Origin: a virus
Virus record (IMG/VR): IMGVR_UViG_3300021090_000015
Span: 1,782-65,781 of that record
Reading direction: 5' to 3' (one strand)
DNA length: 64,000 bases
Shown here: in pieces, positions 44,322 to 54,706 of the stretch
Layout: the number at the start of each line of letters is the position of its first letter
How positions within the stretch are numbered: position 1 is the stretch's first letter
Made by a program: the position numbers and the translations under genes
The notes under the pieces: model-generated
Database searches by the model: none
Told to the model about the DNA's origin: nothing
Seen by the model: only the letters and a program-made list of their open reading frames with translations

Positions 44322-44370
44322 AGCGGGTGATGGGACTCGAACCCACGATATCATGCTTGGGAAGCATGCG
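44322..44370 (-). tRNA. 3' half of tRNA-Gly(CCC) = att core at B/C junction
   Basis: 47/49 identical to 7509-7557; anticodon stem CATGC/GCATG. Confidence 0.85.
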
Positions 44371-44434
44371 CTTGGCAGTTCATTTTCTGCCTTGAGAACA
44401 CCATGCTCCCAAGTTAATTTTTGGGGTGAGACGA

Positions 44435-45301
44435 TTATATCTTCTCTTGGTCATCCGTAGGGTGGAATTTTTCGAGGAAGTTATCCACGACCAGAAGACC
44501 CCGAAGCTGTTCCAGTTTGAGATTGCGAGTGTAGCGTTTGATCATGGCGGGAGATTTCCAACGATACAACTCCATCATGGCTCGTTCGGATAGATTATTC
44601 AGGACGCCCATGACAGCGGTCGAGCGGCGTAGATCGTGAAAGCAAAGTGTGATGCCGATTTTGCGACCCCATTCACGGGCGATGGAATAGAGTCCTTCGG
44701 GCGTGAGCCCTTCCCCGGTTTGAACATGCGTAAATAAATAACCCTGACCATCGGCGATCTTGCGAAAGGACATCCAGCGATCAATACGCATGGCGGTCTG
44801 TTCGCCAAAGATGGCGGCTTCCCATTGACCACCCTTCACAACGACTTGCAGTTTGCGGTGCTCCAGATCTGTGTCAGCCTGTTCCAGGCGGCAGACCTCG
44901 GACTCACGCAAGCCGGTGTCGAAGACGAGCGAGCAGATCGCCAGGTCGCGAGCGCCTTTCGCTGAATAGGGGTCGAAGGATGCCAGTAGTTTGAGAGCCA
45001 TCTCGGGGTCAAGTGAGCGCTGCGGTTTTCCAATCACCCGTTTTATCTTTGCATTGCGCGCTGGATGTTTTTGCCCATAGGTCCATACCATATATCTTTT
45101 GATGGCAGCCAGGGCAAGGCACTGACGCGCGTTCCCCCACCCGCTTTGTTCCAATAATCGAATTAACTCCGCGGCTGTCAGGCTGGCGGGGTCCTGCACT
45201 TGATCGAGGATGCGATGTATCACATCCCGATAGGTGCGTTTAGACGTGCTGGCATAGGTATATGCCGACGAAAGAAATTCTTCGAGGTCGTTGGTATTCA
45301 T
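44435..45301 (-). CDS. int: Phage tyrosine integrase
   Basis: TGLRESE, VKGG, HDLRR, RW, RYT; homolog of 7628..8476. Confidence 0.9.
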   Translation of the reverse strand: MNTNDLEEFLSSAYTYASTSKRTYRDVIHRILDQVQDPASLTAAELIRLLEQSGWGNARQCLALAAIKRYMVWTYGQKHPARNAKIKRVIGKPQRSLDPEMALKLLASFDPYSAKGARDLAICSLVFDTGLRESEVCRLEQADTDLEHRKLQVVVKGGQWEAAIFGEQTAMRIDRWMSFRKIADGQGYLFTHVQTGEGLTPEGLYSIAREWGRKIGITLCFHDLRRSTAVMGVLNNLSERAMMELYRWKSPAMIKRYTRNLKLEQLRGLLVVDNFLEKFHPTDDQEKI

Positions 45302-45389
45302 TTTTCCTCACGTTTGAAAATGGCATAACCAGGCGCGGATAGCCCCCGAGCCTGTTTTGCGAACCCCGCGGCCTGCGCGGGTATCAGTA

Positions 45390-45440
45390 CAACGACTCTG
45401 CTGTAGGAGATCAACCACGAAGACCCCAGCAGAGCCGTTG
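45390..45440 (+). ncRNA. Candidate structured RNA, copy 3
   Basis: CAACG-A-CTCTGCTG / CAGCAGAG-C-CGTTG around GGAGATCAACCACGAAGACC. Confidence 0.55.
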
Positions 45441-45474
45441 CAAAAATAATTTTACTACAAGGAGACCAACCAAA

Positions 45475-45981
45475 ATGCTTACAAAAAAAGAACGATCAAA
45501 AGAAGAGTCAGACGCTCTCATTAGAGCTCTGGCTTGGAACGATGGGTTCGGCTGCTACACGCGCGCAGGGTTTGAAAAAATGATCTGGACGGAGATCGCA
45601 GAGAAGGCGCGATACATCGTGTATTTCGATGTCGATGATGTGCACGCGCTGAATGAGAAGTTCGGCAGTTATGACCCCGTGGACGCAATGATCAAGCAGG
45701 CGCTTGCCGTTGTGCGATTGACCGATTACGTGGCGGGTCAGTGGAAAAGTGGTGACGAATTCCTGGTCTGCTTGACAGAGGAAGCACAACCATCCGATTC
45801 GCTGCGTACGGAGATCGATCCGCTGGCGATGGTGAACCGGCTGGAGGATGCGTTGAAGCGGCAGGGGTTATCGGCGACGTTCGCGGTCGTGCCAGTCACA
45901 TCGCACGATCTTCGCGCAGCGATGAAGCCAGCGGTGGATATGGTGTACCAGGAGAAAAAGCAGAGGGGAGATCGGCGATGA
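45475..45981 (+). CDS. Stand-alone GGDEF-like protein (SGDEF motif)
   Basis: ND.FG..TR.GF, YFDVD...LNE..G...D, SGDEF. Confidence 0.75.
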   Translation: MLTKKERSKEESDALIRALAWNDGFGCYTRAGFEKMIWTEIAEKARYIVYFDVDDVHALNEKFGSYDPVDAMIKQALAVVRLTDYVAGQWKSGDEFLVCLTEEAQPSDSLRTEIDPLAMVNRLEDALKRQGLSATFAVVPVTSHDLRAAMKPAVDMVYQEKKQRGDRR

Positions 45982-46277
45982 AAAAACGGATCCATGTTCT
46001 CGGTGGAAGAGCCGCGGTGAATAATCCGGTGCCTGCTGAATGTCCCTATTGTCATGCGTCGATGCAGGGAAGGAGTTATCACAGTTATCTGGGGCATCTC
46101 GGACTGCACGGGTTGGCGAATAAATATTTCAAAGGCAATCTGCAGGCGGCGCAGAAACGGTTGCGGGAGAACGGGCGAGCTCGCTCCGATCCATTTCGGG
46201 GCAATGGCGCCTGGAAACCCTATCGACCCATCCTCGTGACGATGGAGATCGGCGGGGAATTGATGCAAACCCCATGA
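45978..46277 (+). CDS. Cys/His hypothetical protein
   Basis: CPYC...H.G.H. Confidence 0.55.
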   Translation: MKKRIHVLGGRAAVNNPVPAECPYCHASMQGRSYHSYLGHLGLHGLANKYFKGNLQAAQKRLRENGRARSDPFRGNGAWKPYRPILVTMEIGGELMQTP

Positions 46278-46418
46278 AAGGAGGTGATGTCTGAAAGATG
46301 ATTGATAAAAAAACCTCGCGATGTTGCAACATCGCGAGGAGTGATCGGGGCGCAAGGAGTACCACCAAGTAGACCAGCGCCCCTTTCGAAAATATTTTAC
46401 ACCAAAAAGGAGACCACC

Positions 46419-47094
46419 ATGAAAAAACATTTGATCGATCCGGATGCTGCAAAGGCGCACGGGATAGCGTTGGACGAACGGGGCTGGCCCACGACCAACA
46501 GCTTACAGGAATGGCACGCAAAAAATAACCCGCAATTTTTTACAAAGGAAGAGAAAAAAGAGAAACCTGAGTTCTCGATTCCGTTGTGGATTATCCCGTT
46601 GCTGCCAATTGTAGTCCTTGTCATCCTGATCCTGAAATAGGACAGATGAAACATCATACCAGTCTGGCTGATCGTCCGTGATGACGGTCAGCCAGAATAG
46701 GAAACCATTCCATGAATGACGACACTCCCCAAAAACAACAATTCAATGTCAGCAGCGATGATGACGGGCTCAACATCGATATCTCGTTCCCGATCCAATG
46801 GCTTTACCTGCTGATCCCTATTGCCATCATCGTCGTCGCCTATTTCGTATTCAAGTAGATCAATACAGGAGTACCACCATGAAAAACAAATTAACCATGG
46901 TTATCTTGACCATCCTGACGATCACCGGATTGGTTTTGATCATCCCCTCTGCCATACAGTGGCAGGCGTTATTGATCCAGGCGGGACTTGGTAACTCTGC
47001 CCCACTCGCATCCGGAGTCCTGCAAATGGCTGGCGGAATGATCTGCCTTGCCATTGTATGGGGCATTGTGCGACCCACACAGAACAACGTGTAA
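46419..47094 (+). CDS. Three small membrane ORFs (46419-46640, 46712-46858, 46879-47094)
   Basis: Each has an RBS and hydrophobic segment(s). Confidence 0.5.
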
Positions 47095-47142
47095 AACGAT
47101 CTTCGCTGAAGATCGATCTGATATGTAAATGGAGACCACCAA

Positions 47143-48075
47143 ATGAGTAACAAGAATAAAACAATTTCGCAATGGGCATTTTATATCCTAATCGGTGTGC
47201 TGCTGTTTTATGCAGCATCCCGCACTTTGCATTTTGTGCAAGGTGTGATGGCGAATTCGACCTGGGGATATCTATTTCTCTTCTCGACTGGCATAGGTGC
47301 ATTGATCTGGCTCTACGTGTACCTGACTTATGCCGAGGGAGCCAAACAACGCGCGATCTCGTTCGTGATGGGGCTCGTTGATCTGATCGGAGAGCTCGCC
47401 CTGGTCTATGCCGACACGATGTATGTCGGGGAGAAAGCCGGATTGGTAAAGATGAGTCCTGACGAAATGCAATTGTTCGTCATCGTCAGTGTAGCGATGG
47501 TGGGCATCAATATCTTTGCCGGGTATCTGTTCAAGCTGTGGGATCTGAGAGCTGAGCAGGAACAACATGCGCAGGACCTGGTCGACCATGTGACTGATGC
47601 CACCATGAAACATCTAAACACGCCGGAAGCAAAGCAGCAGATGGTGCAAGAACTGCTGCCCGTTTTGAAAAACTCGATCGCGGCACGCGTGCAAAGCGAG
47701 ATCTTTTCACGAGCGAGTCAAACAGCCGGGCTCGATGCACGCGCCGTGGGATGGCCCATTGCTGATCCGAAGCAGAAAAAGGAGCAAGTTGTGCCGATGG
47801 TGCAGCCGGGTTTTTTAGAACGGCTGAAGGATTTCATGCCAGGACGCGAGAAGCAGGTCAACAATTCCATGGTGTGGACCACAGACCCGCAGGGAAACCG
47901 CGTACGGATCCTGTGCATGATCTGCCAGCGCGACGGAAAGCCCTGGATGACACCCGAGCCGTGCGATCACATCCTAAACGCCAAAGAGCACAGCGGAAAT
48001 CTCAACTACATGAAGGACTCGGCGGAGGTGAAAAACATTTTGAACGATTCTCTGGGCTCCGGAGACCCATCCTGA
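47143..48075 (+). CDS. Multi-pass membrane early protein
   Basis: Homolog of 9433..10353. Confidence 0.75.
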   Translation: MSNKNKTISQWAFYILIGVLLFYAASRTLHFVQGVMANSTWGYLFLFSTGIGALIWLYVYLTYAEGAKQRAISFVMGLVDLIGELALVYADTMYVGEKAGLVKMSPDEMQLFVIVSVAMVGINIFAGYLFKLWDLRAEQEQHAQDLVDHVTDATMKHLNTPEAKQQMVQELLPVLKNSIAARVQSEIFSRASQTAGLDARAVGWPIADPKQKKEQVVPMVQPGFLERLKDFMPGREKQVNNSMVWTTDPQGNRVRILCMICQRDGKPWMTPEPCDHILNAKEHSGNLNYMKDSAEVKNILNDSLGSGDPS

Positions 48076-48263
48076 TAAAGATCTGCGCCTGTGGATGTGG
48101 AAAGAAATTCAAGACCACGTTCCCGGATAAGACCACGATCAATGATGCGCACAGAAAGAGACTTTCCAGGAAAAAAATCAATTAATGTCACGACCCGTGT
48201 CGTGACTATTCCACCCGCACGGGCATTCCTGTGCGGGTGGAAACCCAGGAAGGAAGCATTATT

Positions 48264-48653
48264 ATGAATAAAAAAACCATATCAATTTTGATATACCTGG
48301 CGTTCTTGAGCCTGGCGTGTTTACAAACTGCAATAGTGGCAAATGACCTGACGCCTGGCGCAGAATCGATATCAACGTCAACGTTTCGACCTATTTCAGG
48401 ATCTGCAACGGTCCAGAATTTACCATCCGCATCACCGACTGAACCGTTTTTTACCTGTGCACAGGTGATCGCCAGCAAAGCGCTCAACCTGCGCAAGGGC
48501 GCCAGTGAGCACACGCAGATCATCACCTGGCTGCGCAACGGTGACCAGGTGCGAGTGATCAGCGTCGATGGGGATTGGTGGATGATCGACGCGGGCGGCA
48601 CGATCGGCTATGTGCGCTCTATGTATCTAGCACAAGGCGACTGTTTGAAATAA
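48264..48653 (+). CDS. SH3b-domain lipoprotein
   Basis: LAC lipobox; LNLRKG...GDQV.V...WW.I..G..GYVRSMYL. Confidence 0.75.
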   Translation: MNKKTISILIYLAFLSLACLQTAIVANDLTPGAESISTSTFRPISGSATVQNLPSASPTEPFFTCAQVIASKALNLRKGASEHTQIITWLRNGDQVRVISVDGDWWMIDAGGTIGYVRSMYLAQGDCLK

Positions 48654-48683
48654 ACATTAGATCCACTTTTTAGGAGATCATCG

Positions 48684-49652
48684 ATGCAACATCAGTTACT
48701 CATACAATCCCTGAAAGAGAGTAGGGCACAAATTCTGCTGGCGTTTCTTTTCGCCGGTCATGCGATGGACGTGGAAGAGCTGATGACCTGGACGGGTATG
48801 GCACGCACACCCCATTATCACCATCTGGCGGCGCTTTGCGCTGCAGGGTTTCTGGCAAAGCAGACTCTCTCTCATGGTCGGCATGTCTATCTGCTTGGAT
48901 CCGAAATGCTCCCGGTTTTGCAGGCATGGGTCGCTCAGATTGGCGCAGGTACTCCGAAGTTGGAAGGTGGGGCGCTCATGATCCAGGAGTCATCTAAGAT
49001 GACATCTGGCGATGATCTTATTATTATTAACCCTCCTCAGCTCAATATAAAAGACTCTAGTGTTAATAATAATAATAAGGCGCAGGAGTCATCTAAGATG
49101 ACTCCTGCCGATTTTGCCGCCTTGCTGGAAGCGCTGGCAAAACATAAGATCGTCGGCAAAAAGAAGGACGAGCTGATTGGCTGTGAATGGGTGACGGCGG
49201 GATATGTCCATGCTTCGATTGAGTTTGCCATCGCTGAAGGTCACGGAAAATACAGCGTGGGCATCGCGATCAACCGGATGCTTGAAATGATGGAACAACC
49301 AGCGCGCGGGGAGAACGGTCACATTGAGAATTGCCAGTGTGAGCAGTGCTCCGATGATGTCGGTGTTTCCGAACCCAGCGGGGCAGGTTATTCAGGTGGG
49401 ATGTTTGCAGAATATTTCAATCAAGCACCGACATCTCTAGGCTGTGTTTGGCAGGATGATGACGAGCAGACTTTCAAGTCTGGACATCCATTTGAGGGAC
49501 AACATCGAAAGCAGCCCGCCTGCAAGAAACCACTTAAATCAGGATCACATCATTGGTGCGAAGAGCATTATCAGATCGGGGTCGAAACCTATGGGACAGG
49601 ACAGATCCCAGGTGCAGACTCCGAAGATGAAGAACAAGGAGATCAACCATGA
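48684..49652 (+). CDS. Putative replication initiator
   Basis: HTH-like N-terminus; internal palindromes; ENGH..CQCEQC. Confidence 0.6.
   Translation: MQHQLLIQSLKESRAQILLAFLFAGHAMDVEELMTWTGMARTPHYHHLAALCAAGFLAKQTLSHGRHVYLLGSEMLPVLQAWVAQIGAGTPKLEGGALMIQESSKMTSGDDLIIINPPQLNIKDSSVNNNNKAQESSKMTPADFAALLEALAKHKIVGKKKDELIGCEWVTAGYVHASIEFAIAEGHGKYSVGIAINRMLEMMEQPARGENGHIENCQCEQCSDDVGVSEPSGAGYSGGMFAEYFNQAPTSLGCVWQDDDEQTFKSGHPFEGQHRKQPACKKPLKSGSHHWCEEHYQIGVETYGTGQIPGADSEDEEQGDQP
48984..49107. repeat. Putative origin: two CAGGAGTCATCTAAGATGAC repeats flanking an AT-rich inverted repeat
   Basis: Second copy is the perfect palindrome CAGGAGTCATCT-A-AGATGACTCCTG. Confidence 0.55.
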
Positions 49653-50035
49653 GCGATATCAAAGTCAACGGCGTGACCTATCGCCAGCGGACGCGCAAAT
49701 GCGGCAACAAGAAATGCAAATGTGCGACGGGCGAGGAACATGGTCCCTATTGGTATGCATTTAGCGACGGCGGGACGGCAAAGTACATCGGTCTGGAATT
49801 GCCGAAGGAAATCACAGACCATCTGGCGAAGCTAAAAGCCAGTGGGGGAAAGATCAAGAAACTTCGCGAGCAGATATCGAAGCAGCAGGCGAATTTCTAC
49901 GAGAAATATATCGAGGCACAACGACAATTAGGCGCGCTGCGACAGCTTGAAGCCGGGGACTATGTGGGTGCGCAGGTGTTGGCGGATCTCGGGCTCAAGG
50001 ATCTTGTTTTCTTGGGTCCGCGATCGGGAAAGTGA
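49649..50035 (+). CDS. DUF6788-like zinc-binding protein
   Basis: RKCG..KCKC..G..HGPYWY. Confidence 0.65.
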   Translation: MSDIKVNGVTYRQRTRKCGNKKCKCATGEEHGPYWYAFSDGGTAKYIGLELPKEITDHLAKLKASGGKIKKLREQISKQQANFYEKYIEAQRQLGALRQLEAGDYVGAQVLADLGLKDLVFLGPRSGK

Positions 50036-50283
50036 GAAACAAGATGATCAAAAATTCAAATGTACAAAAAATCAAAGGATCAAAAGTTTTGGTGCGGGCG
50101 CACCGATTGGCAAGCCTGCCAATGGAGTCGATCAAGGGTTTGATCTTGAGCTTTTGCTCGCGCGGTGACCTACGCGTGCTTGGGGCAGGGGAAGCAATCT
50201 GCAGAGCGCGCAAGGAAACCCAGAAGGCGCGGGTGATCCACCGCAAGATCGAACGATTACGAAGGGAGTTGATAAAGCAATGA
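50032..50283 (+). CDS. Basic hypothetical protein
   Basis: Homolog of 11675..11899. Confidence 0.6.
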   Translation: MRNKMIKNSNVQKIKGSKVLVRAHRLASLPMESIKGLILSFCSRGDLRVLGAGEAICRARKETQKARVIHRKIERLRRELIKQ

Positions 50284-50792
50284 ACATGCAACTGCTTGAA
50301 AAATATCTATTTGTCGATGGCGGAGTTGTCAGTCGAAATCCGTCGACGATCGGCGGCACGATGGCATGGCGCCACATTGTGAATAGACAAGTCACAGCGC
50401 AGGGGACCGCCATCATCACGCCAGCGGACGCCGAGCTGCCAGCGATCACAAATAATCTAACGGAAATGCTGGCACTAGTGATCGGCTTCGAAGAATTACC
50501 TGGCGATTGGATCGGGACCGTATGCAGCGATAGCCAGGTGACCCTGGGACGTGCGTTCATGGGCTGGCGCTGGAAGAATGTCCCGATGTGGCTGGTTCAT
50601 CGCTTCCAGGAACAACGCGCTCGATTGGTCCATTACGAGCAGATCAAATTCATTTTATTGGATGGTCATCCCACGAAGGCGCAGCTCCTCAGTGGAGTAG
50701 GAAAGCGCGGACATCCGGTGAGCGAGCACAATGTTTGGTGCGATGAAGCGTGCGGGGAGAATGGTCAAGTTCTTGCAGGGAGGACGGCATGA
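50280..50792 (+). CDS. Ribonuclease HI-like protein
   Basis: FVDGG, TNN..E..AL..G, V.SDSQ, GH...N..CD. Confidence 0.75.
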   Translation: MNMQLLEKYLFVDGGVVSRNPSTIGGTMAWRHIVNRQVTAQGTAIITPADAELPAITNNLTEMLALVIGFEELPGDWIGTVCSDSQVTLGRAFMGWRWKNVPMWLVHRFQEQRARLVHYEQIKFILLDGHPTKAQLLSGVGKRGHPVSEHNVWCDEACGENGQVLAGRTA

Positions 50793-51716
50793 ACACTAAA
50801 AACAATTGGTTAACGACGGCGACGATCCATGATGAGCAGAGACGGGCGTTGTGGAGTGATGTTTTCCCTGGTGCGGTGGTGCCTATCAAGTCGATGCTGG
50901 CATGCAGTGTGAACGTCCCGGAGCGAGGCAAGGCGCTGGCGTATATGCTTGATCTGGATGCGATCAGTGATGAGCAACGTGAGGGATTGATCCGCGTGAT
51001 CAGTGAGCGGTTTAATTATCCAGCGGAGGAAGTGCGCCAGGAGATCGATCGCGGCGTTCCGATCCTGGCAGAGGATGTCAGCGTTGGGACGCGTGACCAG
51101 GGAATGTTCCTTTCGTTGATCGACGATGAAAATCATACGCCGTTCTGGGATCACAACGAAGATCTGAGCGATCTCCAGGAATGGGAGGATGATTGACATG
51201 GACGAGGAAAGAGTTTTCAGAGAAGCGTATCAACTACTTAACGAGATCAAGATATCGCTGGGCGGGGAAGCGATGGTGAGTCTGATTGTCCTGCCGGTGA
51301 ATGATGGCATGTTACACATCCGCTTCGACTGGCCGGATAACGTCCATGTGGAGATCCAACTGGAAGAGCGACAGGTGCGCACGATGGCGATCTGTGAAGT
51401 GACGAGCATGGCGATCCAGGGACGCCGCGCGTATTTGCAGACGTGCAGTCTTGTGCAGTGATGGTCCTTCCAGGATAACAAGAAAGAAAGGAATTTCAAA
51501 ATGAACGCAAACGCACCAATGAATCCGTATCGTGATTTTTTACGCAAGGTCTATCGCATGAGAACCGCGCAGGTTAAGTTCTCTAATTCCAAGTCGTCGA
51601 GTGATTTAAAGGCAGTAGTGGCGCTGGAAAAAGAGATCGATGAATGGTTGAAGCGCTGCGGCTTCGAAGCGTCGCAAATCAAGCAAATGCGGCTCGATAT
51701 GGAAAAACCTAATTAG
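50789..51716 (+). CDS. Three hypothetical early ORFs (50789-51196, 51189-51461, 51501-51716)
   Basis: Co-oriented, tightly packed, RBS present. Confidence 0.5.
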
Positions 51717-51727
51717 GGGAATCTAAA

Positions 51728-52213
51728 ATGTCTCAAAAAACACAAAACTCAGCCTACAGGTACCCCAGGGTATGTCAGAAAGATGTCAGGAAAACGAAAG
51801 TCGGGAGGGCTGACTCTTTGGACGCAGAGCCCCTTTTAATTAACCTGGGGCACTTGGTGGGAAGTCTCTCCACCGGCGGGAAAGTGGCAGCGTACACGCA
51901 GGTCGCGGCGCAACTCTCGGTATTGGCTGGATTAAAAAATGGACATTCATGGGGATGGCGATATGTGGCGAGTGTTCATCGAGGAACGATGCAGCCAAGT
52001 AAAAAATTTGTGCGTGTGCTGATCTTGTTATTACAGAAGATCAGTCCACGGGAAAAGCAATGGTTTTATTTTACACGTCGCCGGTCTGTGGCGGCGGTGT
52101 ATGATAAGTCTATTTTTGTGGAGATGATCACGGGTCAAATGAAGAGCCTGGGATTTAAGTCTGTGACGTTTTCGCGATACATGCAGGTGAAGAATCGAGC
52201 GGTGCATCGATGA
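51728..52213 (+). CDS. Possible HTH protein
   Basis: YTQVAAQLS...WRYVASVHRGTMQPS. Confidence 0.4.
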   Translation: MSQKTQNSAYRYPRVCQKDVRKTKVGRADSLDAEPLLINLGHLVGSLSTGGKVAAYTQVAAQLSVLAGLKNGHSWGWRYVASVHRGTMQPSKKFVRVLILLLQKISPREKQWFYFTRRRSVAAVYDKSIFVEMITGQMKSLGFKSVTFSRYMQVKNRAVHR

Positions 52214-52770
52214 CAAGAAAACCAATTTCGAGAGTGGATAGTGGCAGTACACATGGTTGGTTTGCGCGTGTGTATCGCGCGGAGTGGGTTGGACCGAGGT
52301 CGTTCGCTGATGCACAATATGGCGGGCGAGAGAAAGCGGAAGCGGCTGCCTGGAAGTGGGTCAGGATGGCAGACGAACAACTACCTATGATTCCGCCCAA
52401 GCCAGTGCTTAGAAAAGCTACCATAACGTTGCGATCGGAAAATAAATTACAGGGCGTTCTCCATTATTGGGACGTCTATCTTCCACCGTTGGATGACGAG
52501 ACAACATGGTCACAAAAGTTTTTCTTCCACATGCTGGACGAGAAAGAAAAGCAGAAGGCAAAAGCGGATAGCATTGCTGACGAGCGCAACCAAGTCCTGC
52601 AAAAGATCCATGCCGGAGAATTAGCTGTCTGGTATATGGAGCATGACAGGCTTATGGAGCAGATTTTGAGCATGTGGAACGAAGTGAAAAAGCTCTCGAC
52701 GGAAGCCACCGAGAGTCTTGTCTCTGCAAGAGATGCGCCGGCGGCACAAGAACAGGAGATCCAATCATGA
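52210..52770 (+). CDS. AP2-like DNA-binding protein
   Basis: ISRVD..THGW.ARV...RSF.D..YGG.EKA..AA. Confidence 0.55.
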   Translation: MTRKPISRVDSGSTHGWFARVYRAEWVGPRSFADAQYGGREKAEAAAWKWVRMADEQLPMIPPKPVLRKATITLRSENKLQGVLHYWDVYLPPLDDETTWSQKFFFHMLDEKEKQKAKADSIADERNQVLQKIHAGELAVWYMEHDRLMEQILSMWNEVKKLSTEATESLVSARDAPAAQEQEIQS

Positions 52771-53917
52771 CTAGAAAAGCTCTTGACGCTTTTGATCCTG
52801 CGAAACTTGGCAAGGGTCGCAGCGTATCATTCGAGGTGCGTAACCCACAGACCGGTTATGGTGAGCACCATTATTTCTATCGCGACACAGACGGGGAATT
52901 ATTCACGATGGTCGATCATCGTCGCTATGTGTGCGAGCAGGCACGCAAGAATTGGCAGAAGCTGAAACACGCGAAGCCGGAAAAGCTAAAGCAGTTGAAG
53001 TTCGATGGACACCCAGCAAAGCAAACAACCCGGTGATCTTGATCAGTTGGAGCGAGTGATAGATGCGGCTGAACGTCACTATGAAAGCTCACGCGTGCCG
53101 ATCATTGTGTATTGGGATGAAACGGTGCAGCGCTATCGTATTGAATACAAGAGTCTATATAAGCCAGCGCGCACCATCGAAGTTGTGACCATTCCAAAGT
53201 GAAGGAGAAAATATGTCAATTATTCCGATCTATGATGGCGAAGATGCGTGCCAGCGATGTCTAGGCTGGAAACGTGTTGATGATGGCGATGGGGTATCGT
53301 GGAAATATTGGGCAGAGTTACCTGCTCAATCAGCCATTGCCGTGCAAATGGGCTTAGTGAAACCTGTTGAGTGTCCGCGTTGCAAAGGTACTGGCATTGA
53401 GCCAGAAGCGGGCTGACAAAGTAGTAAGATAAGGAGAGTCAATGTATCAAATAGGTGTCCTATTCCAGAAGGTAGCGCGGTTTTTCTTTTCTCGCGTGTC
53501 TGGCGTGTGTTGGAATTGTGGTCACAGGTGCGGCATGGGAACTATTGCACGCGGTTATATGTGGTGTAATGAGTGCTTCAATCGTTATCAGTTATACATC
53601 CGTGACCAAGATTATATTTTCAGTTTAAACCATTTCGGCAAAGTACAAAGGAGAATCAAATGAATGTTCGCGCAAAGTTTTCTTGCACGTCTGTCACGAA
53701 ACAAATGGGCGGAAAATACAACTCTGAAGGAAAATATGAGTCGGGCGTAGTCTATGACTACAAATTTCAGGCTGTCACTGGCGGCACAGACGAAAACAAA
53801 AGTTTTTTCGCATCCACGCCGAGTGGTCAAATTTCTCTGTCCGCTGTTCGTGACGATCTCTTCGAGATAGGTCAAGAATATTATCTCGATTTTTCGCTCG
53901 CAGAGAAGGCGGGCTAG
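52767..53917 (+). CDS. Five small early ORFs (52767-53036, 53005-53202, 53213-53416 with CxxC..CxxCxGxG, 53442-53663, 53660-53917)
   Basis: Coupled start/stops; the last has the RAKF..EN..F..STPSG..Y.DF motif common in phage. Confidence 0.55.
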
Positions 53918-54066
53918 TACCGTTAAGAGCGAATAGACCAGAAACTGTAACCTCGACACCATTGCTTTTTATTAAGGTTCGCATGTAGAATGCAGAAGGA
54001 CAGACCCACTCCCATTAATGGGTCTGTCCCCTTTAATGACGTAAAGAGTGGGTCTGTTTGTAAACA

Positions 54067-54696
54067 ATGACCTACCAAGAACCCAAGACTACTCCTGAAA
54101 CAGAGACGCAGAAACAGCGTATCATCGATCCGCGGTTCGACGAGATCGGCGATCTAAAGAAGCGCATGGCCATCATGGAGCGCATCCAGATCGATACGTC
54201 TCAACGGTTGACTGGCTTCATTGAAGACTGGATGAGGGAGCAGCTCGATCGTAGTGAGACTCAAAATGATCAGGCGGAAACTAACATAGGGGCACTGGAA
54301 GAAGCGTTGGTGGAAATCCGAAAGAAGAGGGAGGAATTAATTCATCAGATTGCCAGGGCGACTGGACCCGATTTTTTATCATTGAAAGTCCTGGATGATA
54401 TTCTCGAAAACAGACAACTCAAAACAACCCAGGAATTGAATGCAGCAAAGAAATCGAAACGACATGCGGAGGAACACGTCAAGTCGTCGAGCCAAAAGCT
54501 GAAAGCGATCAAGATGGGTCCACAGACGGGCGTGCCGCCGTTGCCATCATCTGAGCCAGTCAAGTGGGGATCTGGCGCCTGGTTCAAGCAGGGGATTGGC
54601 ACAGACTTCATCCGTGTCATTGTTCTTATGCTCGGATTGGAGTTGATCCGCAGCGGATTAATTCCGCTCCTGCAACGAGCATTTGGTAATCCATAG
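54067..54696 (+). CDS. Coiled-coil protein with C-terminal TM helix
   Basis: Own promoter TTGCTT..TAGAAT upstream. Confidence 0.6.
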   Translation: MTYQEPKTTPETETQKQRIIDPRFDEIGDLKKRMAIMERIQIDTSQRLTGFIEDWMREQLDRSETQNDQAETNIGALEEALVEIRKKREELIHQIARATGPDFLSLKVLDDILENRQLKTTQELNAAKKSKRHAEEHVKSSSQKLKAIKMGPQTGVPPLPSSEPVKWGSGAWFKQGIGTDFIRVIVLMLGLELIRSGLIPLLQRAFGNP

Positions 54697-54706
54697 GCGG
54701 GATGAG

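Larger units (their letters stand above)
7509..44370. mobile_element. Prophage unit B, complete, 36,813-bp repeat period
   Basis: Bounded by 47/49-identical tRNA-Gly repeats; int, early, terminase, portal, protease, capsid, tail and xis in canonical order. Confidence 0.9.
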
